64,000 nt of DNA from Nitrosopumilus sp. (GCA_965218695.1 OZ244651.1:2208001-2272000); one strand, 5' to 3'. Positions 42,485 through 53,361 are shown, counted from the first letter of the stretch. Translations and numbers: made by a program. Notes: a model not told the origin generated them from the sequence alone.

Positions 42485-43750
42485 ATGGGCGTCTCAAGCC
42501 AGCTGACCGTCGTCATAGTTGGTGCAATAATAGCAGCTGCAATCGTGGCAGTACCATTCATTACACCTGTAAAACAGGACACCGGGATTATCTCCGATCC
42601 CGGATTGGTAGTCGTTCCGGCAGAACCCGCAGAGGCGACAGGCCAGCAGACGCTGGAGGCAGTGTCTGCCCTGTCAGAGAAGGTGTCTGCCCTGTCAGAG
42701 AAGGTGTCTGCCCTGTCGGGGCAGGGTGGATCTACGGAAGGCATTCCCTTAGGGACTGCATCGAATGCTCCAACGGAGGCCTCCCTAATGGAGATATTTG
42801 AGAGAGCAGAGCCTGGAGTGGTCAGGGTCAACGTAGAGAGGGTGATCATGGATAATGAAGGGCAGACGGTGGGATCAGGATTCGTCTTTGACACGGAGGG
42901 GCACGTCATCACCAATGCACACGTAGTCCAGGACGCACAAAAGGTGGTAGTCACATTTCTTGACGGAAGATCATACAAGGCAGAGATCATAGGGGCAGAC
43001 GAGTCTGCTGACGTTGCAGTAATCAGGGTGGATGCAGACGCATTGCTTTTGCATCCGCTGATGCTTGGCAACTCATCCAATCTCCGCGTGGGGGAGTCAG
43101 TGGCGGCCATAGGAAATCCGTTTGGCCTGTCAGGATCAATGACGGCAGGGATAATCAGCCAGCTAGGAAGGCTCCTTCCGTCAAACACGGGATACTCCAT
43201 ACCGGACGTAATCCAGACAGACACTGCAATCAATCCTGGGAACTCCGGCGGTCCGCTTTTGAACATGATGGGGGAGACTGTGGGGATCAACACTGCAATC
43301 CAGTCGGCCACAGGGGAATTTACAGGTGTGGGATTTGCAATTCCTTCACAGACCATCAAAAAGATAATACCCATACTGATCGAGACCGGGGAGTACAGGC
43401 ACCCGTGGGTTGGAATCTCAGGAACCGACATCTATCCGGATTTGGCCGACGTTTTAGGACTGGAAGAGTCCATAGGATTCCTGATCGTGACTGTCGTGGA
43501 GGACAGCCCTGCATTCAATGGGGGGCTCAGGGGTTCAGACGAGACCATCCAGGCTGACGGGACAGACTATCAGGTAGGCGGGGATGTCATATTATCGGTG
43601 GACGGAACAGACGTCAGAAAGATCGATGACATCCTGATACACCTTCAGAGGGTAAAGACGGTAGGAGACGAGATGGTTTTGGGAATTCTAAGGGACGGCC
43701 AGACCATTGATGTTACAATCGTGCTGCAGGCAAGGCCTGGCCCGAACTAG
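42485..43750 (+). CDS. HtrA/DegP-like serine protease with PDZ domain
   Basis: ITNAHVV, DVAV, INPGNSGGPL; 21-bp repeat (VSALSEK) at 42662-42717. Confidence 0.95.
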   Translation: MGVSSQLTVVIVGAIIAAAIVAVPFITPVKQDTGIISDPGLVVVPAEPAEATGQQTLEAVSALSEKVSALSEKVSALSGQGGSTEGIPLGTASNAPTEASLMEIFERAEPGVVRVNVERVIMDNEGQTVGSGFVFDTEGHVITNAHVVQDAQKVVVTFLDGRSYKAEIIGADESADVAVIRVDADALLLHPLMLGNSSNLRVGESVAAIGNPFGLSGSMTAGIISQLGRLLPSNTGYSIPDVIQTDTAINPGNSGGPLLNMMGETVGINTAIQSATGEFTGVGFAIPSQTIKKIIPILIETGEYRHPWVGISGTDIYPDLADVLGLEESIGFLIVTVVEDSPAFNGGLRGSDETIQADGTDYQVGGDVILSVDGTDVRKIDDILIHLQRVKTVGDEMVLGILRDGQTIDVTIVLQARPGPN

Positions 43751-43844
43751 ATACGTTTCATGATGGCCCACATGCATCGCCGGCACTGGCAGAGGGGTCT
43801 GAATCGACACAAGCATAAATACAGCCAACCCGGAATCCATTCTA

Positions 43845-45014
43845 TTGAACAAGCTTGTATTAAACTCGGAGAGTTTAAACGGCATATTGGATAACAGGGC
43901 AGTCACGCGTCAGGAACTAGTCGAAATTTATCAAGATGCCACAAGGAATCCTGGCGAGCTGTTCTCAACGGCACAGACCCTGCGAAGGAGGTTCAAGGGG
44001 GACGCAGTCACGTTCTCAAAAAAGGCGTTCCTCAACATAGTCAACCTGTGCAGGGACACATGCACGTACTGCACATACAAGGCAGAACCCGGGGAGGAGA
44101 AGGCATCGATGATGTCATGGCAGCAGACTACAGACATGCTGCATCTTGCAAAAAGATACAGGTGCGTAGAGGCGCTTTTTGTTACCGGCGAGAGCCCGGA
44201 ACACAGATACGCCGAGGCGCGGGAGTGGCTGGCAGACAACGGGTTTGGAACCACGGCAGAGTACCTGATTCACGCGTCAGAGGCCGCACTGGAGATCGGC
44301 TTGTTCCCACACACAAACGCAGGAAACCTGAGCATGGAGGACATGAGGGAGTTGAAAAAGACGAACGTCTCCATGGGCCTGATGCTTGAGAACGTAAGCG
44401 AGAGGCTGACTGAGAGGGGAATGCCCCATCACATGGCGGCAAGCAAGAGGCCGGAGGCCAGAATGCAGACGCTCGTGGATGCGGGAAGGCTTCAAATCCC
44501 CATGACTACGGGAATACTGATTGGCATAGGAGAGACTGCAGAGGAGACCATCGATTCCCTTCTTGCAATAAGGGACATTCATCACAGGCATGGAAACATA
44601 CAGGAGATAATTCTGCAGAACTTTCAGCCAAAACCAGATACCGGGATGCACGGCTGTCCGCCTGCCGGCCACGACCACTTTAAGATAATTGTGGCCCTTG
44701 CAAGAGTCATCATGCCTGAGATGAACATCCAGATTCCGCCCAACCTCTCCCCCGAATCATACCAAGAGTTCCTCACAGTCGGGATAAACGACTGGGGCGG
44801 GATATCCCCAATTACGCCGGATCATGTCAATCCGGAGTTTGCATGGCCCGAGATCGGCACGGTGGAGAAGAGATCGGCAGACGCAGGATTCAGGCTCGGC
44901 TGCAGGTTTCCGGTGTATCCGGAGTTCCTTGGAATGATCGGCGGCAGGCTCAGGGAGAAGATCTCAGCAATCGAAGACGGGAAGGGACTTGTAAGGGAGG
45001 AGTACTGGAGATGA
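43845..45014 (+). CDS. cofG: FO synthase subunit 1
   Basis: CRDTCTYC radical SAM motif, QIPPNL, DWGGISP. Confidence 0.93.
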   Translation: MNKLVLNSESLNGILDNRAVTRQELVEIYQDATRNPGELFSTAQTLRRRFKGDAVTFSKKAFLNIVNLCRDTCTYCTYKAEPGEEKASMMSWQQTTDMLHLAKRYRCVEALFVTGESPEHRYAEAREWLADNGFGTTAEYLIHASEAALEIGLFPHTNAGNLSMEDMRELKKTNVSMGLMLENVSERLTERGMPHHMAASKRPEARMQTLVDAGRLQIPMTTGILIGIGETAEETIDSLLAIRDIHHRHGNIQEIILQNFQPKPDTGMHGCPPAGHDHFKIIVALARVIMPEMNIQIPPNLSPESYQEFLTVGINDWGGISPITPDHVNPEFAWPEIGTVEKRSADAGFRLGCRFPVYPEFLGMIGGRLREKISAIEDGKGLVREEYWR

Positions 45015-46273
45015 CGGTTACAGAGGCACTTCTCAGGAATGCAGACCCGGTCATCGCAGGCATTTTGGACAGGGCACTTTCTGACAGGGAGGTATCTGCC
45101 AGAGACGGACTGGCGCTGTACGGCGCTACGGGCACGGACTTTCATCTTGTAGGGATGGCAGCCGACGAGATCAGGAGGAAGAGGATCGGGGATGTTGTGA
45201 CGTACGTGGTAAACAGGAACATCAACTTTACAAACGTCTGCATAAAGCAGTGCGGCTTTTGCGCATTCAGCAGGGACTTTAGGGAGGAGGAGGGCTACCT
45301 TCTTCCAGTCGAGGAGATCGTCCGGAGGGCAAAGGAGGCCCACAGCCTGGGGGCAACCGAGGTCTGCATCCAGGCAGGACTGCCGCCGGACATGCCAGGC
45401 GACATGTACGAGAACATCTGCAGGGAGATCAAGAGGGAGATTCCGGATATCCACATACACGGATTCTCACCAGAGGAGATCCTTTACGGCGCACAGAGAC
45501 TGCAGGTACCGGTGAGGGAGTTTCTCAAAAGGATGAAGGATGCGGGGATCGGCACCCTGCCCGGGACATCAGCTGAGATCCTCAACCAGGAGCTGAGGGA
45601 CAAGATATCCCCGGGAAGGATAAGCGTGAGGGACTGGGAGCACGTGATCAAGGAGGCGCACAGAATCGGGATAAACACCACGTCCACGATGATGTTCGGG
45701 CACCTGGAGACCCTCAAGGACAGGATAGAGCACATCGTGAGGCTGAGGGATATCCAAAAGGAGACGGGAGGGTTCACGGAGTTTGTGCCGCTGGACTTTG
45801 TCCATAACGAGGCGCCCATGTACACCCGCCACATCCACGAGGGAATCAAGCCGGGCGGCAGCGGCAACGACGTGCTCCTCACACACGCCATTGCGAGAAT
45901 CATGCTCAACAACTCCATCAACAACATACAGATGTCATGGGTAAAGGAGGGGCAGAAACTCTCCCAGCTGCTGCTCATGTGGGGCGCAAACGACTTTGGC
46001 GGAACGCTGATCAACGAGAGCATATCCACGTCTGCAGGCGCAGACCACGGGCAGCTGCTAAGGCCCATGGAGATCAGAAGGATGGCAAGGGAGATAGGAA
46101 GGGTTCCGGCCGAGAGGGACACCGTGTATAACATCCTGAAAAGGTTTGACGGGGAGGACGAGGGCATGGAGGAGAAGGGACTGGATGCAGTCACAGACAC
46201 GTCCCGCTTTGGATCATACGCGGAGCTGATAAAGATCAACAGGTTCAACTACAAGAATCCAAGAAAGAGTTGA
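45011..46273 (+). CDS. cofH: FO synthase subunit 2
   Basis: NRNINFTNVCIKQCGFC, PGTSAEIL, SWVK, GANDFGGTL; start MTVTE overlaps cofG stop. Confidence 0.93.
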   Translation: MTVTEALLRNADPVIAGILDRALSDREVSARDGLALYGATGTDFHLVGMAADEIRRKRIGDVVTYVVNRNINFTNVCIKQCGFCAFSRDFREEEGYLLPVEEIVRRAKEAHSLGATEVCIQAGLPPDMPGDMYENICREIKREIPDIHIHGFSPEEILYGAQRLQVPVREFLKRMKDAGIGTLPGTSAEILNQELRDKISPGRISVRDWEHVIKEAHRIGINTTSTMMFGHLETLKDRIEHIVRLRDIQKETGGFTEFVPLDFVHNEAPMYTRHIHEGIKPGGSGNDVLLTHAIARIMLNNSINNIQMSWVKEGQKLSQLLLMWGANDFGGTLINESISTSAGADHGQLLRPMEIRRMAREIGRVPAERDTVYNILKRFDGEDEGMEEKGLDAVTDTSRFGSYAELIKINRFNYKNPRKS

Positions 46274-47625
46274 CCTCCCTAGAGGATGCGCTGACCCATT
46301 CGAGGAACGCAGGAATCGACGAGTGCGAGATAGTCCGCGCGACAAGAAGGGTCACCACAGTACGAATAACCGATTCGGCAATAGCAGAAGTCAAGCAGGG
46401 CCTGGATGACAGGTACGGAATCAGGCTGATTCACCAGAAGAGGATTGCCTCTATTCAGACGGCCAGCAGCGATGATCTGCGGGGATCCGTTGACGATGCG
46501 CTGAATTCGTCAAAGAGCCTCAGGCCCAGGGAGTTCTGGGGCGGGCTGCCGCACGCAGCACGTCCCGTGCAGCTCGAGGGTACGTTTGATGAGAGACTCA
46601 GGGACGTCTCGGGGGCAACGGCTGCAGACATTGCACAGGACATGATAAACTCGGCTGCAGACGACAGGGTTGACACCGTTACAGGATCGCTTAACATAGT
46701 CTCGGAGCGTTTTGAGATAGAAAATTCCAACGGACTGCACCACGCAGACGATGCAACGTACATTGCAGGAATCATCAATGCAGACTCTGAACACGGAGTC
46801 GTGCCGGTATCCGGCATCGGCCACTCCAGTGCAAGAACCCTGTCGGGCTTTTCGGCAGGACGTGCAGGACAGGACGCAAGGGAGATGTGCATCGGGTCAA
46901 TAAACCCGCAGAAGATAGAGCCTGCAAGATACTCGGTAATACTTGAGCCGTATTCGGTGGGAGAGCTGCTCTCGTTTGTCGTCGCGCCAAACTTCAACCT
47001 CAAGACGTTTGCAGAAAAGAGGAGCTGCTTTGCAGGCAGGATTGGGGAGAGGATTGCAGCAGAGGAACTGAGCATGGCCGACGACCCACACATGCCAGAG
47101 GGGATAGGGACAAGATCCATAGACGACGAGGGCGTGGGCACCCAAAAGAGGCTGCTCATAGACAGGGGCGTCATGAGGGGCACCTTTTCAAACATGCTTG
47201 ACGGCTACAGGGAGGGGACAGAGTCGTCTGGAAACGCCACAAGGCATGGCATCCCGATGGGCCGAAGCTGTGATCCAGTTCCGGACTCTGCTGCACACAA
47301 CCTGACAATAGAACCCGGCAGAATGTCCCAAGACGAGATGATAAGGGATACCAGAAGAGGGCTGCTGGTCGGGAGGCTCTGGTATACGTATCCGGTAAAT
47401 CCCATCAGGGGCGACTTTTCATGTACGGCAAGAAGCGGGATAAGGATAATCAAGGACGGCACAGTTGTTCCAGGAGTGCCAGTCAGGATAATACACAACC
47501 TACATGCCATGCTTGGCAGCATCTCGGGGATTGGAAGCGACCAGAGAAGCGTCATTCAATGGGCATCGCGCCCGGCAGCCGCACCGTCAGTCAGGATAGA
47601 CGGCGTCCCGGTAGAGGCCATATGA
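46270..47625 (+). CDS. TldD/PmbA family protein
   Basis: DDEG, SSGNA, NPIRGDFS. Confidence 0.9.
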   Translation: MTSLEDALTHSRNAGIDECEIVRATRRVTTVRITDSAIAEVKQGLDDRYGIRLIHQKRIASIQTASSDDLRGSVDDALNSSKSLRPREFWGGLPHAARPVQLEGTFDERLRDVSGATAADIAQDMINSAADDRVDTVTGSLNIVSERFEIENSNGLHHADDATYIAGIINADSEHGVVPVSGIGHSSARTLSGFSAGRAGQDAREMCIGSINPQKIEPARYSVILEPYSVGELLSFVVAPNFNLKTFAEKRSCFAGRIGERIAAEELSMADDPHMPEGIGTRSIDDEGVGTQKRLLIDRGVMRGTFSNMLDGYREGTESSGNATRHGIPMGRSCDPVPDSAAHNLTIEPGRMSQDEMIRDTRRGLLVGRLWYTYPVNPIRGDFSCTARSGIRIIKDGTVVPGVPVRIIHNLHAMLGSISGIGSDQRSVIQWASRPAAAPSVRIDGVPVEAI

Positions 47626-47934
47626 GGAGTCACCACCCCTCTTTGAAGAATGCCAGGGCCAAGTATGCAGCAGCAGCAGGCAGCAGCATAACCGCCCCCA
47701 GCCTGTCTTATTCCCGTACCGTGTGACTTGACATGCATTGAAACAATCACTCTCTCCCCCCAAAAGAGAGTCCCATCGGCAGAATGCATGCCCAGGCAGA
47801 TCCCGGATCCTGACACGTGGCCGGCTCCGGTTCTGTGAAGTTGTAGGTACATAGGCATGAATATGGATCTTCTCCAGATTGATGCTCGGGAGGGCACTGT
47901 TCAGAATTGTGGATCAATGTTAAATCATGCCAAG

Positions 47935-48054
47935 CCAGATCATCTATGGTAACCCGTCCCCGGACCTATCCTTGCCTTGCGTCCGGCTTGCCACTTTGTG
48001 TATGCCTTTTGCCCTCTTAAGCATTATCTGCGGACAGAATCCTGCCAGATCCGC
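47935..48054. repeat. Single-arm homolog of the 58383-58655 inverted repeat
   Basis: CATCTATG..TAACCC..TTGCGTCC..CTTAAGC..CAGAATCCTGCCAGATCCGC shared with 58390-58503. Confidence 0.85.
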
Positions 48055-48217
48055 AGAAGATACGGCTGTTTGCCCCGCGACGTGACATGCATAATCCCTT
48101 CCGGGGGGTCTGGGGGGCGTCCCCCCAGCATTCATGTAAAAACATCCCGTCATTCCCATAATTTGTGCACAGCATCCGCTATATCCGGCAGGTCTGCTGA
48201 CGTCACCGGTTCTGCGT

Positions 48218-49291
48218 CTACACCCTCATCAGCTTCTTCATCTTGGTGCGGTACAGCGTCTTGTTCCTGTCCACGTACAGGGTGCCGTCCGACAGCATAT
48301 GCCATATGATCGTCAGCATCTTGTTTGCGACGTGCGTCATGGCAATGTACGGCTTGTGCCTCTTGATCAGGCGGGCATAGTACCCCTTCATCCTCACGTC
48401 GTGGTGCGCTGCGACCATCGCGCACTGGATCATCACCCAGTTGACCTTCCGGTTCGAATCCTTCTTCATCCTGCCGTGGTACAACGTGTCGCCGGACTGG
48501 TGGAGCGTGGGACACATCCCGGCCCAAGACACGAGCTTCTTTGGGCTGTCAAACCTTTCGATGCCGTCGATCTCCGCTGACACGAGTGCAACCGAGAACA
48601 CGCTCATCCCCGTCATGCTCAGTATTTTGGAGCTGTAGCTGCCGCTGACGTAGCGCCTGATCTCGCCTTCGGTCTTTTTTATCTCGCCGTTGTAGTGCCT
48701 TATCCTGGATATGCAGCGGTCAAGGACGAACCTGTCGTGGACGCTTCCCATGTCCGCCCCCACGAGGTATTCCAGTACCTTCTCGCTCCAGACGTCTTGT
48801 CCACCGTCCTTGGGGCTGATGTCGTACTTGTCAGTCAGCGTGTGCCCGAAGTTGATCTCGCTTGTCCTGTCCTGCACCAGACGGATCTGGTATCTGATGA
48901 CCTGCTTTATCCCACGGGATTCCGTGGATCCTATGTGGCATGCGGGAACCAAATCGGCCCTGAGCAGGTGGGCAAGCGTCCTTGCGTCGACGGTGTCGTT
49001 CTTTATGCTGGCCCACGCGATTGCCTTGATCTTGAACGGGTTGGCAAGGTCGATGGGGATTCCCGCCTGCTCAAACGCGTCTGCCGTCTTTATCCAGTGG
49101 TTTCCGGTAGACTCGCAGACCGCCCTGCACTGCCCGTATTCGGTCCTGGCACTTGCCGCAAACTCGGAGGCGCCTGCCACGGTGTTGGCGTACGAGGATT
49201 CCTCGAGAATGTTTCCCTTTGAATCCATTATGCACGTGACGCACTTCCTCTTTCCAATGTCTATTCCGATACTCTTTTCTATTTTTCTCAC
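48218..49291 (-). CDS. IS110 DEDD recombinase (intact)
   Basis: GIDIGK, CESTG, KNDTVDA, AGMCP..HQSG. Confidence 0.95.
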   Translation of the reverse strand: MRKIEKSIGIDIGKRKCVTCIMDSKGNILEESSYANTVAGASEFAASARTEYGQCRAVCESTGNHWIKTADAFEQAGIPIDLANPFKIKAIAWASIKNDTVDARTLAHLLRADLVPACHIGSTESRGIKQVIRYQIRLVQDRTSEINFGHTLTDKYDISPKDGGQDVWSEKVLEYLVGADMGSVHDRFVLDRCISRIRHYNGEIKKTEGEIRRYVSGSYSSKILSMTGMSVFSVALVSAEIDGIERFDSPKKLVSWAGMCPTLHQSGDTLYHGRMKKDSNRKVNWVMIQCAMVAAHHDVRMKGYYARLIKRHKPYIAMTHVANKMLTIIWHMLSDGTLYVDRNKTLYRTKMKKLMRV

Positions 49292-49299
49292 CTCCCTTT

Positions 49300-49449
49300 T
49301 GCTTGTGGCAGGCCGGAAGCTGCAAACATCTATCAGGGCTCGGAACCCAGTAACACAGCAGCTCGGATGGCCCCATTCACTAAACAGGCCTTGATGGCCA
49401 TGATCTGATAGGGGTCGGCCCGCTACGTATGGTGGGCGTGTGGGGTTAT
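49300..49449 (-). ncRNA. Candidate IS110 bridge RNA region
   Basis: ~150-nt non-coding segment upstream of the recombinase with potential stems (GCCC/GGGC, CTATCAG/CTGATAG, GGCC pairs); position as in characterised IS110 bridge RNAs. Confidence 0.55.
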
Positions 49450-49485
49450 CATGCGTTCACCAAAAATGAACAGTACCTACTGGAA

Positions 49486-51249
49486 GTAATTGTTTCGCTT
49501 TTTGAAGTAACCGGATGGCCTAGCGGACATCCATGGTACCGGGAATGAATCTAATAATTTCGTACTCGGGATGACAAAGTTAGACCATCGCGATCCAAGT
49601 ACGAGTGGGTGCCAGTCCCTTCGATCTTTGGAAATGAAGGAACCAGCACGCCGAACATGCTTGGAGGCGGAGGAATTTAAGGCAATGCACGAACACTCCT
49701 TGCCGCAAATCCCGCTGGATGCCGGGGCGTGCATGGAACCAGGGTGCAGGTGCTGCCTGCACTGGGCAAAAATGTTCGGCGACGTGCTAGGCCCAACCCG
49801 CAAGATCCTGGAGGCAGCCTGCGAAATTGCAGGCGAGTCGGGCGCAGACTGGAAGGAGGCCGGGCGCCTGCAGGCGCTCGTCTCGTCCCTCACAGAGGAC
49901 AACAAGAGGTACGCCAAGACAAACAGGGATCTCAACGCCAAGGCAAACGGGATCAGCGTCCCCGCGCCCAAGAAGAAGGCCGGTCAGGGAAAGAAGGCCG
50001 CCGGCAGGCCCAAGGGGCAGAAACCCACCGTCAACTGCAGGCCAAAGCGCGTGGACCGCGTCGAGGAGATCGACTGCAAGGAGTGCCCCGACTGCGGCGG
50101 CGGGCTCTCTGGGAGGGTGACTGCCGAGTACGATCGCATCGTGACTGTCATGCGCGTCCTGTTGGAGAACGTCAGGTACGTCATCAAGCGGCGCTGGTGC
50201 CGCGTGTGCAAAAGACAGGTCTCCGGGAGGGTTCCCGGCGCGGCAAAACACGCGCGCCGTTCATCAAACTTTGACGCGGTCATGACGTCCCTGAACATGA
50301 ATGGCATGTCGCATGCCAGGACCGCAGAATTTGGCGGCGACGCGTTGGGGCACGTAACCTCGCGCTCGTCTGCCTACCGCGGCAAGATCAGGCAGGCCGG
50401 GCGCATGGCGCCGGAACGCGATTCGGTAAGGGAGCGCGTGCTGGAGGCGCCACACCTGAACGTAGACGAGTTTCACTGGCCGCTGGGCGGCAAGCGCGGC
50501 TACGGGATAGTGGCTCTGGCAAAAAATCACTGCCTCGTGGAGGTGGCCGACTCGCGGGACATCAAGACGCTCCGCCAGACGCTCCCGGGCTACCGGGGAA
50601 CCATAACGCAGGACTCGTATCCCGGGTGGCTCCACGTGGGATCGTGCCGCCAGATGTGCGTGTGGCACCAGGAACGCCTGGTGCAAAAGGACGTCCTGAC
50701 CAACCCCGGGGGTGACGTTCCGGCGTTTCTGGACAGGCTGTCGGCAATCCACATGAAGATTTACCGCGCCTCCAGGATCAAGGACCGGCACCCAAGGATC
50801 GTCGCTGCCCGCTGCATAGACGCGGAGCTGCGCGAGCTGATGAACGAACCGTTTGCAGGCGACGGGGACGGCACCATCGCCCGGCACAAGAAGAGGTACC
50901 CGCGGGAGGGATATTTCATGACCACCTGCCTGCACGTGGACGGCATCGAGCCTGACAACAACGCAGTCGAGAGGGCCAACCGGAGGTTCGTGGCCGTAAG
51001 GAGCGACGGGGGCGGGAACCGCTCCAGGAAGGGCATGGATGCCAACTCGATCCTGTTCACGCTGCTGGCAACTGACAGGATCAACAAGGACAGCTTCTTT
51101 GATCACCTGGTCCGCTCGTCTTCCGGGGACGGATGAGGCGCCGTCCGACGGCACGTGCAGTGCGTCACGGGGAAAAAGAGTCCACGGTAAGGGGAAGGCT
51201 GCACCCGCTCCGCTGCCAAGCAGCCCACTTCAAAAAGCGAAACTATTAC
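49486..51249 (+). mobile_element. IS66-family element (transposase 49571..51136)
   Basis: TIR GTAAT(T/A)GTTTCGCTTTTTGAAGT; 8-bp TSD TACTGGAA; VDE, TQD, DNNAVERANR. Confidence 0.95.
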
Positions 51250-51305
51250 TACTGGAACAAGAAAAGGGTGCGTTAGGACTTTTCCTGCTTGTCGACCCGT
51301 GTTTT

Positions 51306-51623
51306 CTATATGGAATTCCATGACATTATGATGGGAGGACCGAAACAGGCCGGACCTATGGAAACCGCCTGCCCGCCCGTGAGGCCAATGCCGATGACTA
51401 CCATGGGCATCACGTACCACCACTTGAACCTCTTTGCCTTCCATACGCCGACTGTCGCCATCGTGGCGAATATCGCCGTCGCGGCCGGCCCTAGGCACCA
51501 CACTACCCCTGGAAAGTTCAGCCACATAACAATCATGGCCAGTTGGTACGCGGCCCCGATTATGCCCGCGCCGGCAAACCACGCGTATGCATTTCTGGTA
51601 AAAAAAAGGAGGGTGGGATGCAT
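51306..51623 (-). CDS. Small multi-TM membrane protein (cargo)
   Basis: Three hydrophobic helices; bracketed by 23-bp inverted motifs. Confidence 0.65.
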   Translation of the reverse strand: MHPTLLFFTRNAYAWFAGAGIIGAAYQLAMIVMWLNFPGVVWCLGPAATAIFATMATVGVWKAKRFKWWYVMPMVVIGIGLTGGQAVSIGPACFGPPIIMSWNSI

Positions 51624-51643
51624 CAGTCTACTGTGTAAAAGAA

Positions 51644-51690
51644 GGCACTGGTAAATTTAGGTGATTAGATCACCCTAATTTACCAGAGTC
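51644..51690. repeat. Back-to-back pair of the 23-bp motif forming a hairpin
   Basis: CTGGTAAATTTAGGTGAT-TAG-ATCACCCTAATTTACCAG (16/18 paired). Confidence 0.9.
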
Positions 51691-51704
51691 ACTGACCCCC
51701 CCCC

Positions 51705-51902
51705 CTAGGCTTTCAAGAGATCGCGGATCAGATTGGCAGAATCTGCCTTCTTTTGTTGTTTCAGGTGGGCCTTGTTGCTACTGTGTATCACCCAAGCTAT
51801 CAGACAACTGGCTACGAGTCCTATGGCAGATCCGATTATTGTACCCAATTCTATCAATTCTAACAATGAAAGCCCGAATATTGGACTTATGTCCGTTATC
51901 AA
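51705..51902 (-). pseudogene. Short, probably truncated membrane-anchored cargo ORF
   Basis: One TM helix plus charged helix; stops at a G10 tract next to a motif copy. Confidence 0.45.
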
Positions 51903-52057
51903 TGAGAAGTATCCATGCTTGGCACTTATGTGAAGTATTTTTTCGTCACCGAACTCAATTCAGAGAAGACTCATTTCCAGCTCCCGTAAACCCGACAGAA
52001 CCAATCTGGAGAAGATCTATATTCATGCCTATGTACCGATAACTTCACAGAACCCCG

Positions 52058-52149
52058 GTACATACTCAGGTTCCCCTCAAACTCAGGCGTGAATATACGT
52101 AAAACAGTACATGTTTACGCCTAGACAATACCGGGACCTGAGTATGTAC
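52058..52149. mobile_element. 92-bp MITE, copy 2
   Basis: One difference from 29305-29396; TSD GAACCCCG. Confidence 0.95.
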
Positions 52150-52199
52150 GAACCCCGGCTCCGCAGGTTTATAATGCAGTGTACCGTACTATACGGTAC

Positions 52200-52544
52200 A
52201 TGCAATCAAGACTCACGTGTATGACCCCGGAAGTGGCGGATCAGTTTGGAGACTTTATCATAAAGAGGGCCGAGCAGACACAGGACGTGGTAAGGGCAAG
52301 AACGAGGGATTTTAGCATGCTGTCCCTGCTGAAACTGCTGTATCAGCTCAGGGGCAGTCCCATGTCGTTTGTAGAGCTGTATACAAGGTCGGAGATCAGA
52401 ATGAAGAGATCATTCCTGAATTACCTGCACCTGTGTGTGGACTATAACTTTGTCAAGAGGGAGGCAGTCGGATGCCGGGTAAGATACTCCATCACGTGCA
52501 GGGGGAGGACCATGCTGGATCTCTTCACGCAGAAAGATAATTAG
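52200..52544 (+). CDS. Winged-helix DNA-binding protein
   Basis: ..SFLNYLHLC..YSITCRGR wHTH pattern; start uncertain. Confidence 0.7.
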   Translation: MQSRLTCMTPEVADQFGDFIIKRAEQTQDVVRARTRDFSMLSLLKLLYQLRGSPMSFVELYTRSEIRMKRSFLNYLHLCVDYNFVKREAVGCRVRYSITCRGRTMLDLFTQKDN

Positions 52545-52566
52545 GCAGATCAGGCAGTACAAGATC

Positions 52567-53292
52567 ATGCAGAATGAATTTCCCGAGGCGGAGGTCTTTG
52601 AGACAAGAGACGTGGAGATGAACAGTCCGGTAATATTTGCAGGATTCGTAGGGGCCGGCCTCGTAGGCCCGGTAGCAATAGACCACATAATCAAGGAGCT
52701 GGAGATGGACGAGGTGGGAGTGATAAGATCAAAGTATCTCCCCCCGTCCACTGTCTTTATGAGGGGAAGGCTTCGCCATCCGTTCAGATTCTACGCAAAC
52801 AAGAACGGAACAATCTGTGCAATAATCTGCGAGGTGACCCTGAGGATGGACGGACTGTACTCGATGATATCGACCATTCTGGACTGGGCTGCATTGAAAG
52901 GCTCAAGGGAGATTGTGATTTTGGACGGGGTTGCAAGTGAGGCGCATGACAACAAGGCGTACTGCGCAGCAGAGGATGACTTGATCAGGACAATGGCAGA
53001 CAAGGACATCAACATGATACCGCAGGGGTTCATTACGGGTATGCCGGGAGGCATACTCAACGAATGCCTAGTAAGAGAGATCCAGGGCATAGCCCTGCTG
53101 GCAAAGGCAAACGACATGGAGCCTGATTCGGCGGCGGCGGCAACGCTCGTTGAGGCGCTTGGTAGGTTCTACGAGATTGACATAGATGCCACCGGACTGC
53201 GTGAGGAGAGCGAGAGGATTCAGTCAGAGTTCACCGAGCTCTCTGACAAGTATGTAAAGCATAGAAGAGAGATAACCGGGATGTACATGTGA
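52567..53292 (+). CDS. Proteasome assembly chaperone (PAC2 family)
   Basis: GFVGAGLVG, PFRFY, GFITG..G, GMYM C-terminus. Confidence 0.88.
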   Translation: MQNEFPEAEVFETRDVEMNSPVIFAGFVGAGLVGPVAIDHIIKELEMDEVGVIRSKYLPPSTVFMRGRLRHPFRFYANKNGTICAIICEVTLRMDGLYSMISTILDWAALKGSREIVILDGVASEAHDNKAYCAAEDDLIRTMADKDINMIPQGFITGMPGGILNECLVREIQGIALLAKANDMEPDSAAAATLVEALGRFYEIDIDATGLREESERIQSEFTELSDKYVKHRREITGMYM

Positions 53293-53361
53293 GGGTATGG
53301 CTTCACAGACGGGAGACGCCGGTTCGAAATTCATTTTAAGCCGGGGATACACGCGTATGTC

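Larger units (their letters stand above)
48091..49449 (-). mobile_element. IS110-family element
   Basis: CATGC on both flanks; short sub-terminal IR ATAA(T/C)CCC; DEDD recombinase inside. Confidence 0.8.
47829..52054. mobile_element. Non-autonomous cargo transposon with ~53-bp TIRs; contains IS110, IS66 and two passenger ORFs
   Basis: GGTTCTGTGAAGTT..GGTACATAGGCATGAATAT.GATCTTCTCCAGATTG at 47829 and inverted at 52002-52054; 8-bp TSD CCGGCTCC (47821-47828; 52155-52162 once the MITE is removed). Confidence 0.88.

Noticed and set aside
51644-51690. Classical integron attC site or intrinsic terminator
   Set aside because: Lacks RYYYAAC/GTTRRRY ends; the arms recur separately elsewhere, so it is better explained as two abutting motif copies.
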